DNA of 64,000 nt. It comes from Lama guanicoe (lineage: Eukaryota). Made by a program: the position numbers and the translations under genes. Shown here piece after piece: positions 12,267 to 25,850 of this stretch (positions within the stretch are counted from its first letter, which is position 1; every line of letters begins with the position of its first letter). The notes beneath the pieces are model-generated. The model was not told where the DNA came from, searched no databases, and saw only the letters and a list, made by a program, of their open reading frames with translations. Location: contig MU057356.1 in NCBI GenBank assembly GCA_013239625.1, positions 33,171,707 through 33,235,706 of the forward strand. Direction: 5' to 3'.

Positions 12267-14241
12267 AGTATGCTAAATTCCATTTCCTTGTTTCAAGAAC
12301 ATGTGTCTGGCTGAAACTCATAAACCCAGACATCCACAAAAATGTCACTGTTATCCTCTACATTTTTGTTTTCACAAGATTTCCAAGTTAATGGAGGTTA
12401 TAACATAAATATTGAACCATGAACAAACTGACCTGTGCACCACAACTCAGGAGTCTATTTCCTAAAGCAGCACATTTTCTGTTACCTCTTTTACTTTCTC
12501 ATCAGCAATTATGAAATAAATAATAACTATTAATAGGTGAAATAAACCTATCATTTCTATGCAGAAACTTGCCTCAGCTAAAGCTTGGAAGAGTATTTTC
12601 TTCTGGAATTCAATCATCCAATTTGTAGTGCATTTTAAAATAAAAATTAATTGAAATAATTGAGATTGGGAGGTTTTGGTTTTTTTCCCTTGGTTTCTGT
12701 TTTCTTCCTGTGAAGGTAATCTATGTAAAACACAACATTAAAAAACATATAAATATGACTAAAATTCTATTGTTGCCATTTATGTGATAAACTTAAAGCC
12801 CAGGGTATTCATTTGCAGCGTGTAAGCTACGCCTTCTATTTGTCTCCACTTTTCAAAGTGCAAAGAAAACAAATGCCTTTTACACGGCTGCTAAGTCATA
12901 TATACAAAACAAGCGCAGTCCAGCTGCCTTTCTGCTAGATTGCCACAGACCATCTGGTTGGCGTTTAGCCCACCTAGAGAATTGCCAACACATATCCTGA
13001 ACAATGAAACAGTCACACAAATATATATTTTTTTATCCTGGGGAAATTAGAATTTCAGGTAGGTGAAACCAACCAGTTCCTTACAACAGTGTCAATCTAT
13101 GCAGACCTGAAATATATTGTATCCCCAAATCCATTTCTCTTCAAAATTTTCACTTAGATCTAACACAAGCAGTCAATATTATAGAAGAGTATTAAGAATA
13201 TAAAGTTGAATAGTGTTCAAGAGTCACGATTCTAGTGAATACTTAAAATGACTTAGTCTGACTTTGCCTTAGATTTCTTTGATGCAATTTATAGTAGACT
13301 TCTAAATCTGTAAGAAACTGATATCACTTAAATGGATATCCTCTAATTAATCCAAAAAAAAGTGTAAGTTTTTTTGGGCTCTGTAAATAAAATAATCCTG
13401 ATTAGTGTATCAACAGAAATGCTCTATATAACCAAAGGACAATGTATCCATTGACACAGGTACGGAAATGACCAAGTTCACATGATCCAGCTATGTTTAC
13501 AGCAGGTGTCAGTCATGTTCACTTCATTAACTGAGAAGGTATGAAGATAACACAGTTATTTTGCTAAAACTTAGCTTAGCATTTGTTTGGGGCTAAAAGT
13601 CAACGTCGCTTTAAGAAGTACCAAACATTTCCCTTTTATTGATGAGTTACCAGAACTATAGAAAAAGGGTTTCCAATTAGAGATTTTACTCAAATGTCAC
13701 TTGCTTTCTATCTGACTGCTTTTCCTCATATACCAGCTTTAAATTGTTTTAATATACTATTCATGTGCCTGCATCTATTTAAAAAAAAGAAAAAGAAAGA
13801 TCATCTAGGCACCAGTACAGATTGTATACTACAGAGTCTGCTTAGAGCCTTATCCTACTCATTCCTTATCTGCCTTTACTTTTTTCTGTCTTCACTTGTT
13901 TATCTACTTGTTTCTGTCATTTATGCATATGTGTGTGGCCAGGTGAAGACCTGACTCCAAGTGCATCAGGCCATTATAAATATCATACAACTAATCCTCC
14001 AAGTTAGTAAACACTAACTTAACTTGGCCTGATTCAACCATCTAAACCCCAGCCAATTCAACTTGCCAAGTTAAACCAAAAAAAAAAAAAAAAATTTGAC
14101 CTTATCAAATTTTAATTCTTCCCCTTAAAAGAAACTAATTTTCCTGATTATAAAATACATAAAAATCTTTTTCCTAATTATGAACAGAAAGGTTCCCTGT
14201 ACATGTAGATAGATCTTCTTTGATAGTTTAAGAATGAGTAT

Positions 14242-14347
14242 GGGGTGGCGGGGATAGCTCAGTGGTAGAACATGTGCTTTGTGTGCACAGCGTCCTGGGT
14301 TCAATCCCCAGTGCCTCCTTTAAGAGGGAAAAAACAAAAACATAAAA
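14242..14347 (+). mobile_element. Camelid tRNA-derived SINE, short form
   Basis: ggggatagctcagtggtagaa (A box), ctgggttcaatcccc (B box), then an A-rich tail; lacks the cctaattacctcc extension seen in the other two copies. Confidence 0.85.
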
Positions 14348-16757
14348 GGAGAATAAAAAGATTTCTATGGAAAGTGTGATTATGACAAAATTGTAATGAC
14401 AATCAGGAAACTTGGGTGACTGCCACACAACTGGCCATTCAGTACTGGAGGTATTTTAAACTCTTCAGATCTGAGTTTTACCATCTGGAAAACAAAAATC
14501 TTGAACAAAATCTCTCCATTTTATTGGAACTGTAATATTTTAAATCTAAAGGAATCTAGCCATGCCTCAATGTCTAGAACTATTATGTTACCTAGAACAA
14601 TGCCTGGCAGACAAGAGTGCAAATTCTAGTTTCAATGTGAATATAGAAGTCTCTAACTCCATAAATATATGTAATTTTATTTTAAAATAGTCAACTGAAA
14701 GGAAAGACCAAAGTTTAATCCCAGATTCAAAGTACTCTTTTTTTAACCACTCATACCCTTTGACCCTTGGAAGATTAAACATACGTTTGATACCATAAAC
14801 TTATGACAAAGCATACTACAGAAACCTGGTATGTCAGATTGAAATTGAGTGTATGAGGACTCAAGGAACCTACAATCATTTTTTTGGCTTGACAACTAGC
14901 TGTCTCAGCCATGAAAGTAACTGAAGAATTGCATATTGGATGATGAAATACAGGCTCTCCAATTATTTTTTTTTTAAGAAAAACAGTTCTTTTTTTTTTA
15001 AGTGGTAGATTGCCAATGATGGCATCCAAAAGGCTCTTGGCAATATTACCCTCAAACCAGCTCTGCTTTCATTAGCTCTGCTTATATATGATAAATTGGA
15101 GCTATTTTAAAAGCCCTCACTCTTTTACTATGCACAATATAATAGTGTATTTACATCAAGATTCATGCAATTCTTTGTTAATATAGGTCATAACTACAAA
15201 CAAACCTGGCCATGATTTAGTGCATCTAATTAGAACCCACTTTCCCCAGGCCGTATCATTCTGCCAGCAATGGATCAGACATTATTATTTTATGTAATTT
15301 GTTCTACCCTAAGATTTTGGGGCTGTAACCCAAACTCATTATGTGTCCTGATTAGAAGTTATTTTCTCTCCTCAGTGTCTTCTATGTCTTGCTTTCCTTA
15401 TAAAAGATATTTTAAAATTCAACAGTGCATTTATGTAAAGACAGATGAAATGACGCCCTCCAGGAGGAAACAGTTACCTAATTTAATGCTCAATCCTCTG
15501 TCATTTGTTGTTGCAACAATTCAGTAACACTCCCTGTGGAAGATTCCAGAGCTGCCTTACTCAGCCCCAGTTCCACTATGTGTCAGGAGGCCATCTGGGA
15601 AAGCACTCCCGCTATACAAGCCCTCAGACCTGGGTTAAAAACCTCACCCAAATCACTTATTTGCTGTGTGGCATGATTCAGTAACTTTTTGATCTCAACT
15701 ACAATTCATTAAATGTGTCTAACACATAGCAGGTGTTTAATAAAATTTCTATCATTAGAGGATTGAAGTTTTGTTCTTTCACTGCATGTAAATCTTAGAC
15801 CATATGCTCAGAAGTTTCAAAAATATTCACTTCTAGCTTCTCATTCAACTAAATTAACTTGAACCCTAGCCCCTGTCCAACCAGAACAGCAGGAAATTCA
15901 ATCTCGGTTATTATTGCCCTGTACACCTTTACGGTCACACCAAAATCCCTTTAGGGTCACACCAAAATTACGTAGTGCTGGGAAAAAAGCAGGATAGGGG
16001 GAAATCTTTAATCACCATTCTCTCATGGTGTTCACTGACACTCATTTTCCACGCTTTTAACAGTTTCTTGAAGCAAGCAGCTCTCTGCTTTTCATCCATG
16101 TGCAGAGAATACAGGGATCTTTTGAGCATGAGAAACTAATGCCCACGTTCCTCTCCAGGAGAGCCACACGGCTACAATTTTACAGGTCTTCCATCTTCTC
16201 AAAGCACTAGTTCACCTAGCACTCAGGTCTCCTCTGACTCAGACCCATGGTTGCAAACCTACTCACTCCCTATTTGAACTCTTTGCTATTCAATTCATTT
16301 AAAGGCTCTCCACTCCTCCACACACTCACACCCTTTCCAGGACCCCTATTATCTTTTTAGAGGACTTGCACATTTACAGAAGTCGAACATCACTGTCTTT
16401 CCACTAGACAGCTTTCTGCCCTGACAGTGCCTGAGTCAATCAGTGAGTAAGCAGATGAGCAAGTGATGTCAGGACACTATTTTGATATTCTAAAATGAGT
16501 AGTTGTTTTTGCTGAAAAATATTACTGACAGCTTATGGTTCTCCATCCACTGAATTTGTGGCACTTGTGGTCTCAAGAGGAAGCCTCAACAGTCTGGAAT
16601 GCACAGGCCAACTAAGTACAAAATAACTGTTTACACAGCAGGTACAATAGTCTGAAGGTGACTAATTTGAAAGGCACTTAAGATTCAAATGGATTTGTTA
16701 TGAATGAATGTCATAATATCTTGGCTTCAAAGATGAGATAACCCTGGAGGTCTAGAG

Positions 16758-16971
16758 CAGGGCTCAATGAACTTTTTCCTTAAAAAGCTAGATATTAAGT
16801 ATCTTAGTCTTTGCGGGCCATAGGATTTCTCCCTATTCAAAATTTGCCATTGTAGCACAAAATTCGTCATAATAATATATAAATTAATTAGCATGGCTGT
16901 GTTCCAGTGAAACTTTACAAAAACGAACAGTGGGCCAAATTTGGCCAAGATTATAATTAGCCCAACCCCTG
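16758..16971. mobile_element. MER58A-like hAT-Charlie MITE with 8-bp TSD
   Basis: Termini caggg...ccctg; internal tttgcgggccata, tgccattgtagcac, gcatggctgtgttccagtgaaactttac. Flanks gtctagag (16750-16757) and gtctacag (16972-16979). Confidence 0.85.
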
Positions 16972-17989
16972 GTCTACAGCTAAGTTTGTAACCACTAACC
17001 ACAGAATAAAGCAACAGGTAATGGAGTACCAGGGTAGTTTCCCACTTCAAAGTAAATAAAAATAATCCCTTCCTGGACTATGGAAGAGTCTAGAAAGGGA
17101 GGAAAAAGAATAGAAAGACACATCATAAAAATAAATGTTAAAAAAATTGCAAAAAAAAGGGTAAGTGTCCTCTAAAAACTAAGGATCCAGAGAACTGAAG
17201 GTATCTCCCTCTTGAAACTCTGAGGGTTGATACACACTCTAAGCCAAAATCTGTGCAGTTCCATTGGAGTGTAAATGGCAGCAACAAAAGCTCCTGTGTA
17301 CCCGCCAGGGAACAGCTGTGGTCAGGGGGAAAGGACTGCACAGCAGACAACTTGGGATATGCAGCCTTAGGCTGGGCATGGGTGGAGAACACAGCTCAGC
17401 ACCAGATGATAAGCTGCTACTACAAGTGCTGAGGTCTTATCAGCAAGGAAGATGTTCCCCAGGAGTAATCACCATAGACAACTAGGATCGAGAGAAAGCT
17501 ACAAGTTACTTCAGAATGACAAGAGCTGTGGGAACAGGGGTCAATGTACAAATGCAAAGAGACATCCATCACCCTCAGTGCAGGGCACTGGAGAGGACAT
17601 CCCTCTCCCCACTGCCCTCCTGCACTGACGATGCCCTCTGTACCCAGAGGCCATCCTGCGGAGGACGAAGACACCTGGGATGCGAAGACAGCCCTGGGCT
17701 GAACAGATTAAAAAAAATAGTTGCACTGCAAGTGAATGACTTACTTTGGAGGGTGAAAATCGGAGCTTCTGAAACTAAGTTGTATTCAGTTATAGAATTT
17801 AAAAAAAAAATCAATAGGTATCTCATTTAGTGAAAGAAGATGCAGGGACACTGTGCAGGTTTGCCCCCTCCCAGCAGTGCCACATGGTGTCCTCACCAAC
17901 CCTGTGATGCAGAAGTAAAAATGCCAGCACAAAGTTCTATTAAGTTACGGAACATCTAAGTCTTGCTTTACTGTTCGAGTTACAAATTC

Positions 17990-18122
17990 ACTCATGTAAT
18001 CTGCAAACAGTTCTATGAAGTGGATACTAGTAACGTGCCTCTTTCATAAGTAAGATAAAAAGGCACAGAAAAGTTACAATATTCGCCTAAGGTCCCAGAG
18101 CTAGTTAACAGAGCCAGGATTG
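17990..18122 (-). mobile_element. MIR
   Basis: aggcacagaaaagttac..gcctaaggtcccagagctagt..agagccaggatt. Confidence 0.7.
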
Positions 18123-20020
18123 CCCGCAAAAGTCAGTTATTAAAACACCTCCCGAGGAGATTCCATCTCCTTCTTGGAGGACCGAAAGGAGCCCTCCCAT
18201 TTCCTTCCTATTCCTAACAGTCTGCAGCAGAGGGTAGCCTTAGTGTGACCAGCAGTCCTCCAGAAGGTCCTGGAATTAGAAACTGCCATGAATTTCTCTA
18301 CATAAGCTCTGAACAAGCCTTACAACCAAGTCACAGATATAAAGACTTTAAGGTATACAGAAATATAGATATCTTTTTAAATTATACTTAGGCATAAATT
18401 TTGTTAGCTTTCAGGGTGAATAAACTATAAAATTCTCATAATAATCCTCAGTTTCCATAAAACCTATCTGCATACTTCAGAACCACTTGTAGAAGGGTAT
18501 GGCTGATGAAACCAAGCACAGAAATAAGAAAGTTCTCCATGTATCTCCCCCATAATCACTCAAGGCTGAAAGGCAGGCTATGGACACAGGCTGATGAGCG
18601 TGTACCTTGTCTTGGATACTGCACGTACAGTCAGCTCCTTAAAGATCAAAACCTTCCTCATAGTGAAGAGTTAAGTGGGGTGTAAAACACAGGCAAACTG
18701 GAACTTATCTTGTTACTCAGGTCCGTTTTCTATAACTTAAATCTATAAACTAGGCTTTTAGGGTTCCTTAAAATTCCCAGTGTGGCCTCACCCAGTTCCT
18801 AGTCCCAGCAGTCCTGTCACTGCTGCTACTGTAAAAGTTACCACCAGGGTCCATTTGTACATCTAGTCCAATTTTAAAACCTCTGGCTCTGTCCTGGTGC
18901 AGAGTTCAAGTATTAAGAAGACAGGGATGCAAATTTCTAGGAGTCCTTGAAAGTCACCCTAAAAAAATGGCAAGCTTCATTAATGTTAATTCCAGAGAGA
19001 GATGCCAAGATTAGAAATTTTACCATCTCATAGACTGAAAAGAGTAACAATACTTACAGGTGTAGTTATTTTTAAGCCAATACTTATAGGTGTAGTTATT
19101 TTCAAAGGTTTAAGAAGTTTAGGCATTTCTAGCTTACTTCATAGATATAAAATTATATTAAAAAATAAAAGCTTCCACTCAGTATATGTGTTTCTCCTGT
19201 AGATATCACAGCAAGTAGAGATTTTATTACCAAAAGAAAAGTAAGCAATTGTTTATCTACATAAATTGTGGATCACCATTTACTGAGTTGATCTCCAGGG
19301 AAATTATCTGGTATTTGATATAGAAGATTCTTTGAAAGATTTAAGGTCAGCTTAACAAAAAATAAAATTAGAGATGAAGGAAAATGCCATACAGTGGGCA
19401 AAAGAGAACTTTTTGAAGGATATGCTGTTACATTCTGCATCATCATAACCCCTTTCGGGGAGGCTGTGCCCCTGTTGTGAGTGTACAGTCAGACAAAGGC
19501 CAACAGTAAGTCTCGCTGCTCTGATGTTCCACTGGGGCTTAGAGAGCTGCACATAAAAAGATGAGCTACAGAGTCAAGAGATAGCAAAGTTCAAGGGGCT
19601 CACACTGAGAAGGTAGAGAAGCATTTTTGGAAGGAATTGTGTATTTTTATTTTCACATAAGATTGTGCAAAATCTTGCAACAGCCTTACCCATTGTGCTT
19701 TTAGATGCTTTTGATTCACAAAAATGTTAGCCTAACAACTGACTGTATCCTATACTACAGACTTTTTCCTCCTTGAAAAAACAGAAATAGATACAAATAT
19801 ACACCTATGTAAAAGTAAGCACAGGGGAAAAGGCATACGCTAATAGTAACTAAGAATCTAAAGATACCTACAGACCATAAAAGCAAATTGTTAATGAAGA
19901 AAATAAGCACAAAAAACATAATATACTAAAAACAATTAACCAAAACCTTATACCAATAATCACTTTGGAATTAAGAAGCATTTTGATAAGTAAGATACTT
20001 AAGAAAGGGAAATATGTAAA

Positions 20021-20413
20021 TATTAGTCAGGGCTTTGGAGAGAAACAGAACCCGTAAGGAAAGTACATAAGGAACTGGCTCATGCAATTAAGGAAGTTGG
20101 CAAGTTCAAAATCTGCAAGGTGGTCTGGCAGGCTGGAGACTCAGGAAGAGCCTGTGTTGCAGTTCAAGTCCAATTTTGCTGGCAAAACTCCTTCCTGCTC
20201 ATGACAGGTCAGTCTTTGTTCTACTAAGGCCTTCAACTGATTGGACGAGACCCACCCACAATATGGAAAGCAATCTGCTTTACTTAAAGTCTACTGATGT
20301 AAGTGTTTATCTCATCACCCCTCACACACACACACACACACACAAATACTGAGTAGTCAGAGTAGTCTGATCAAATATCTGGGCACTCTGGCCCAACCAG
20401 GAGGATATAAAAA
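20021..20413 (-). mobile_element. ERVL solo LTR, MLT2C/D-like
   Basis: tattagtcagggc..agagaaacagaacc, aaggaactggctcatgcaatta, caggctggagactcaggaagag, aggccttcaactgattgga, gcaatctgctttact, aaatatctgggcac..tggccca. Confidence 0.85.
20323..20344 (+). repeat. (CA)11 microsatellite inside the MLT2 LTR
   Basis: Read directly from the sequence. Confidence 0.95.
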
Positions 20414-21982
20414 CAAGTGTCTAATGGTTAATTTCAAGAGTAAGTTTACACATTTCAGTTACATGTATCACATTTTTAAACAAGTGGTATGGTTGTGAAA
20501 TAAAAAGGATACTAGAACTCACGTTTGTGTTGAAAATTAACTTTAAGACTTTCTGTTGCTTCCTCATTTACATTGGAAAATAATTTGTTACTATTAAAAT
20601 TTAAGTTGAGTATATACTGTTCCTTTTCTTTTTGAAGTTATCATTTCCAAGTAGCCTAACTTTGCCAGTAGGGATAAATTACTTACCTACATAAAAAATG
20701 AGACTGCTCAAATCCCTGTCACTGCAAGATGACATATTGTCATGATCTGTAAGGTCCTTCATCTGTCTAAAGTATGCAAGTGAATGTTAGAATTTGTTTG
20801 AACATTTTTCCAGTGACTTCAGATACATTTTTCAAGATATTTAGAATGTTATTGTAGCCCCAATTACTCGTTAACATTCATACTTTATTTTTACCCTTAG
20901 CAGCAGACTTCCTTAAACACCATCATTCATCATCTCTAAGTGTCTGACACTTTTCCTCATCAACACCTTGTGAGCGGTCAACTCTTACTATCACTCACAT
21001 CTTCCTCAGAGTCTACACAGAAGACAGTCACGGTATCTTGAATATCACCTTCTCAAGCCAGAACCTCACCTGCCTGTAGCCTTAGCACTTACCGCTTGAA
21101 ATACGATGGAAATCTGAGAGATGTCTGCCTACCGGAGTTGCAAAGTATACTTTGGTTGCCCACCCGAAGAGTGATGGAAGTAAGAGTGTCTTTGAAGACT
21201 ATTCCAGACTGATCCAACAGGAGACTATGGATTGAGTTATTTCTAGTCAGATTTAAACTTTCCTGACATTAAAGTGGATCATGGTCTATGTGGTGTGGCA
21301 TCAAGGAGATGGAGAGATTCCAACTTATTTGTAAAGAAAGAAACAAGGGGATGGATTCAAGGGAGGAGAAGAGGGCAGAAGAGGATGGGGGAGGACAGAA
21401 GAGGAAAGCAAGCAGGGAGGGACAGAGGAGGGTTGGTCTGAAGAAAGATGTTCTCTAGGGAATGCTACCTTGCCTGACAGCCACATTCTTTTAGCTTTTC
21501 CTGTTAAAATGAAACTCTCCATGGTGGAAAGTCTTATTTAGAACTACTTCTAAATGACAGGAAAGTTACAATTTTAAGACTGAATAGAGAAAGCTAATGG
21601 GTACTCACAGAAGTAGTGCTGAGGAGGAACAGTAGCAAACCAGAGAACGGTGAAGGAAAATTGACCCATTTCACAACTGTGCTGAGACTAGGAAGACAAT
21701 CCTGTCCACGCAGGTAGATTTCCACCCAAGTGACAGTTTGCACTAAAGAGTATTAGATAAATTCAGGATTGGAAGCATAGTTGACCCTGTGACAGGTTCC
21801 ATTCAGGTTCAACCAGCTTAACTTAAAACATGAGACAAGGACATACTAAAGCGTAGGCCCAGTAAGTACTATCAGTAAATGGATAGAAATCACTTTCACA
21901 TAAAGGTACTCTATTTAAAGTACATGTAAATGCCTCAGCAATGAATAAAATACAGATTTTAAAATGCTTCTAAATTTATAAT

Positions 21983-22210
21983 AGCAGTACAGTGCAGAGG
22001 TAAGGAAACAGTTTGGAATCAACCTGAATTTGAATTCTAGCTTCATCACTTACTAACTGTGTGGACTTGGGCAAGTTACAAACCTCTTGTACCTCAGTAC
22101 CTTCGTATGAAAGAGGCATGTATTAGAATTGAGGTGCAGATAAAGTAGCTCAAGTTTGTTCATGTGCTTAGTATGTGTCTGCTATTTGGTTAACCCTGTA
22201 CAAATGCTCA
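21983..22210 (+). mobile_element. MIR
   Basis: tttgaattctagcttcatcacttactaactgtgtggacttgggcaagttac..cctcagt. Confidence 0.75.
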
Positions 22211-24246
22211 GTTTTTTTCACCGTTACATATCTTCTCCATTAATGAATAGTAAAAGCACTACTACTATAAAATAAGATCCTAATTTTTTTAATGTTAAAA
22301 AGTCTTTGTTGGTCAAAGGATTATAAACCACTCTAGAGAGGAAATTTCAGACAAACACACACAAAATAGTGACAATTGTTGTGCATGTATAAGCAGTGCA
22401 CATGTGCACACATATTCAAGTTTGTACTTAGTACATCTTCTACCCAACCATTTTAAAATCATCTTTTGCTGTATTCAATATATGTTAGACTATCAAAGAT
22501 AGGAACATAATTTCCCTTACTTTGAAACTGAACTCAAGTTACATGGCTGAGGCAAATTTAATTAACAGTTATATTCATGAAATTAATGTTTGAGCCTTTT
22601 GCTTCTGCAATTTCAAACACAGTCTCTTCTTTGTCTTAAAATGGAATAAAGAAAATCATTTTAATTTCTGTTCAAATCTTAAGTCTTCTCCCAGGATGCT
22701 AAAGTGACTTCAAATAATAGATCTTGAGAGATCTGAGGGGAGATTCACCAGTTATCTAGCCATTCTCATTCTTGTTTAAGTCCCCTTTCTGTCTGTCTCT
22801 CACTAGAAGGAGCGGAGGAAAATTAGGTTAAAACATGCCTGACTTCGTAAGACTTCATATGAGAATGTAATGAGAAGCATTTAAGATAAGAAAGTCTGGG
22901 TAAACGGCAAAGGCTTTTATATGATCTTCATTTAGAAGGAAGAGAATTACAGTGGACCTGAAAAACGTGAAGCAGACGTCACTCAGTTTACATCCTGAAT
23001 AGCAAGATGTCCTTATTTAACAAAGGTAACTTACTTTACCAGAGAGACATAGTAAATGTTATTCTAGACCACCTGGAGAACAAAAATAGTAAATGAGCAT
23101 AATGACTAGTTAGATATATTCATGCGATCAGGCAATTATAAGCATAACTACTGCTTTTTGATTTTTTTTTTTTAAGAACTGGACTGATTGCCACATAAAA
23201 ACCATCCCTTCTTGAAAGAGTCCTTTCAATTCAAACATTAAAATTTGTCACAATTCCTCTTGCAGATGTCCAATATCTTATTTAAAATTCTGTACTGTCA
23301 ATTTGGTGAGAGCACAAGGTATAAAAGGTCATTTTCCAAAGTAGTTTGCTAAGGTTACAGACAGTGACCTGGAAAGCACAAAGGCTCTTAAAAAATAAAG
23401 GTGAGAAGCATACTCATGTAACCATGTGCCAGTAACAGTTTGGGCTGCAACCCATTTGTCAAGGAAGTAACTCACATTTTCACCTCTGAGCATAGTACCT
23501 ACTCTGAGCAGGCATTACTGTAGTCTGCTGCGCTCCCCCACCCCACCTAGTGAAAGATAAAAATTATCATCCTGAAACGGAGAGAATTAAGACAGGCTGG
23601 TGAGAGAAACACTTTGGAGTAGGTGGGTCTTCTAATCCTTTGTGTAATATCAGAGAAAACCTGGGCTGAGGCACACAGTCACCTTGAGAAGCCCTACCAA
23701 TCAATGAAACTTCATGACCAAATTGCTTACCCTGTAAAATGAAAACAAAGCAGCGCATGTGTTATTGCTAGGTCCATCTACCTAAATCTACTCACATGCC
23801 CAGCATACTTAAACTCCTTCAAGATAAAGTACAAATTCGTTAGCATAGCACACAATTATGTATGTTCCTTTCCAGTCAGACTCCAATTACCATCAATTTA
23901 TGAGAATAATAAACTGTCCACACCACCCTCTCTCCAAACACAAAGACAAAAAGTTTACAAGGAAAAAGGGACTTTCCTAGCAAACCTGCATGGGTAAAAA
24001 TGTACCAGGAATTGATAGACTTTATGTGAAATGTTTAGGAATAAGATTTATCTGAAACAAAGACCCTGCCCTCAGGAGCTAAATTTTAAAAGCTCTTCCC
24101 TTTTCGCAAGCAAATTTTATTGTAATGAGTTATCTGACATAAATCAGAGAGCCTTATCTAAAAGCCAATGCAAATGATCACATATAGCGAGAAATGAAAG
24201 AAAATCCACGATTAAAAAAATCATTTCTACTGATATTAAAAGCCTA

Positions 24247-24447
24247 CACACTACCATATGTAAAACAGATAAACAATATGGATTTATTGTATAGCACATG
24301 GAACTATATTCAGTATCTTGTAACAGACTATAACGGAATAGAATCAAAAAGATGAATATAGATATATACATATATGTATATAACCAAATCCCCGTGTTGT
24401 ACCCTGAAACTAACACAATGCTGTAAATCAACTATTATTTAAATTTT
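24247..24447 (+). mobile_element. Cetartiodactyl-type L1 3' end with TSD
   Basis: tgtatagcacatggaactatattcagtatcttgta..ctgaaactaacacaatgctgtaaatcaacta. TSD aaaagccta at 24238-24246 and 24448-24456, at a tt/aaaa endonuclease site. Confidence 0.9.
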
Positions 24448-24769
24448 AAAAGCCTAAAAAATGTTACGTCACATCACTTAAGTGTTTAATATTAAATTAA
24501 CATTTTGCTTTTATTTGCATAAAACCTATCAAAGGAACCTACCTATCAAAGACAAGGATAACTTGTGCAATGAATGACCATTACTGGCAAACCAAATGTT
24601 AAGAAAACAAACACACAGAGAAGAGGATGCAAACAAAATTGTTATGTATCAGAGGTCAAGGGAATACTGGCCTAAGTGTGATACACAGTGACGTTTCTGT
24701 CTATAAAATCCATACTTTCATAGTTTCCTGGCTTTCCACCAACTTCTCTCTGTACTCCTTAGCATCTTT

Positions 24770-25850
24770 TCACTGTACATTTACTGAACTGTTTCATCCT
24801 CTTCCTACTGCTCTCATATTCCATGACTCCAGCTCAAACTCCCAAAACACATGTTCAAAGCTGAACTCTTTCTTGCGCATTCCCCATCCCAGAAAGCTAT
24901 CATTTACCCAGCTGATCAAGACAAACTCAGGAGTTCAGCCTTGATTCTTTCACCTTCCTCTCCAGACAGGCCAGTCAATTACCCAGTCGGCTCCACTTTA
25001 GTGTCTTTCAACACACCATCTCTCCAGCCTCAATGCAACTCTTCCAGTGAAGTCTTCACTACTGGACAACAGTCTCACAATTACCATCTCTCACTCCGGG
25101 AATGCCTTTCTCCATTTATCATACTGCTGCTAGGTCCGTCTATCTAAAATGCAAATAATTATCTTGATTGTTGTGATGGTTTCACAAGGGTGGGTGTGCA
25201 CATCTGTGCATGTCAAAACTTAAGAAGAGTACGTATTTTAAATGTGTGCAGTGTAGTACATGTCAGATATATCTCAATAAAGCTGTGACCAAAAAAATCT
25301 GGTCATGTCTCTTGCATCTCTAAAATCCTACAAGATGAAGTCCAAATCCATTACATGGCACACAGAGCCCTTCATAAGAGATCCCAGTTAACCTCTCGAC
25401 CCTCATATCTCTTGCCACTGTCCTTACGTTCTGTCTGCACCAGCAATACAGAAACACTTTAATTCCACACTGTGATATTTCTCTTTCTATTTTTTTCTCC
25501 CTCTCTCCCCCAAACATTTTTAGATGCTTCTCCTTCTACCGGGACATATTTACCATCCCCCGTTCCTCTGCCTCACTCACTACTTCTTTTTCAGGACTTG
25601 GTTTAGGCATTGTCTCCTTCAGAAAGGTTTCTCTGTCCTAGCGATGTGGTTGGTGCTCCTCCCACCTGCTCCCAAAGCTCCCCAGGCACATCGATCAATA
25701 ATAAACCACAGACTGTTTGCTTTGCTCTCTCCTCACGAGACCTTCAGCTCCTTGGCAGGGAGTGAGTGCTAGTCGTCCTAGAATCAATTCCCAATATGTA
25801 CGTGACACATAGCAGACATACTTCTTGTTAAACTGATGTGCTACAAACTG
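24770..25850 (+). mobile_element. Long degraded L2 fragment, interrupted by an old L1 tail
   Basis: aacatgttcaaagctgaactc, tctaaaatgcaaat | atctggtcatgtc, gaagtccaaatcc..catggcacac, tgacacatagcag motifs. Confidence 0.7.
25160..25298 (+). mobile_element. Old L1 (L1MB/L1MC-like) extreme 3' end nested in L2
   Basis: atcttgattgttgtgatggtttcaca..tgtcaaaact..ttaaatgtgtgcagt..tatatctcaataaagctgt followed by an A tail. Confidence 0.8.

Noticed and set aside
21330-21432. Purine-rich tract (possible triplex or G-quadruplex)
   Set aside because: Ordinary low-complexity GA-rich sequence without a clean mirror repeat.
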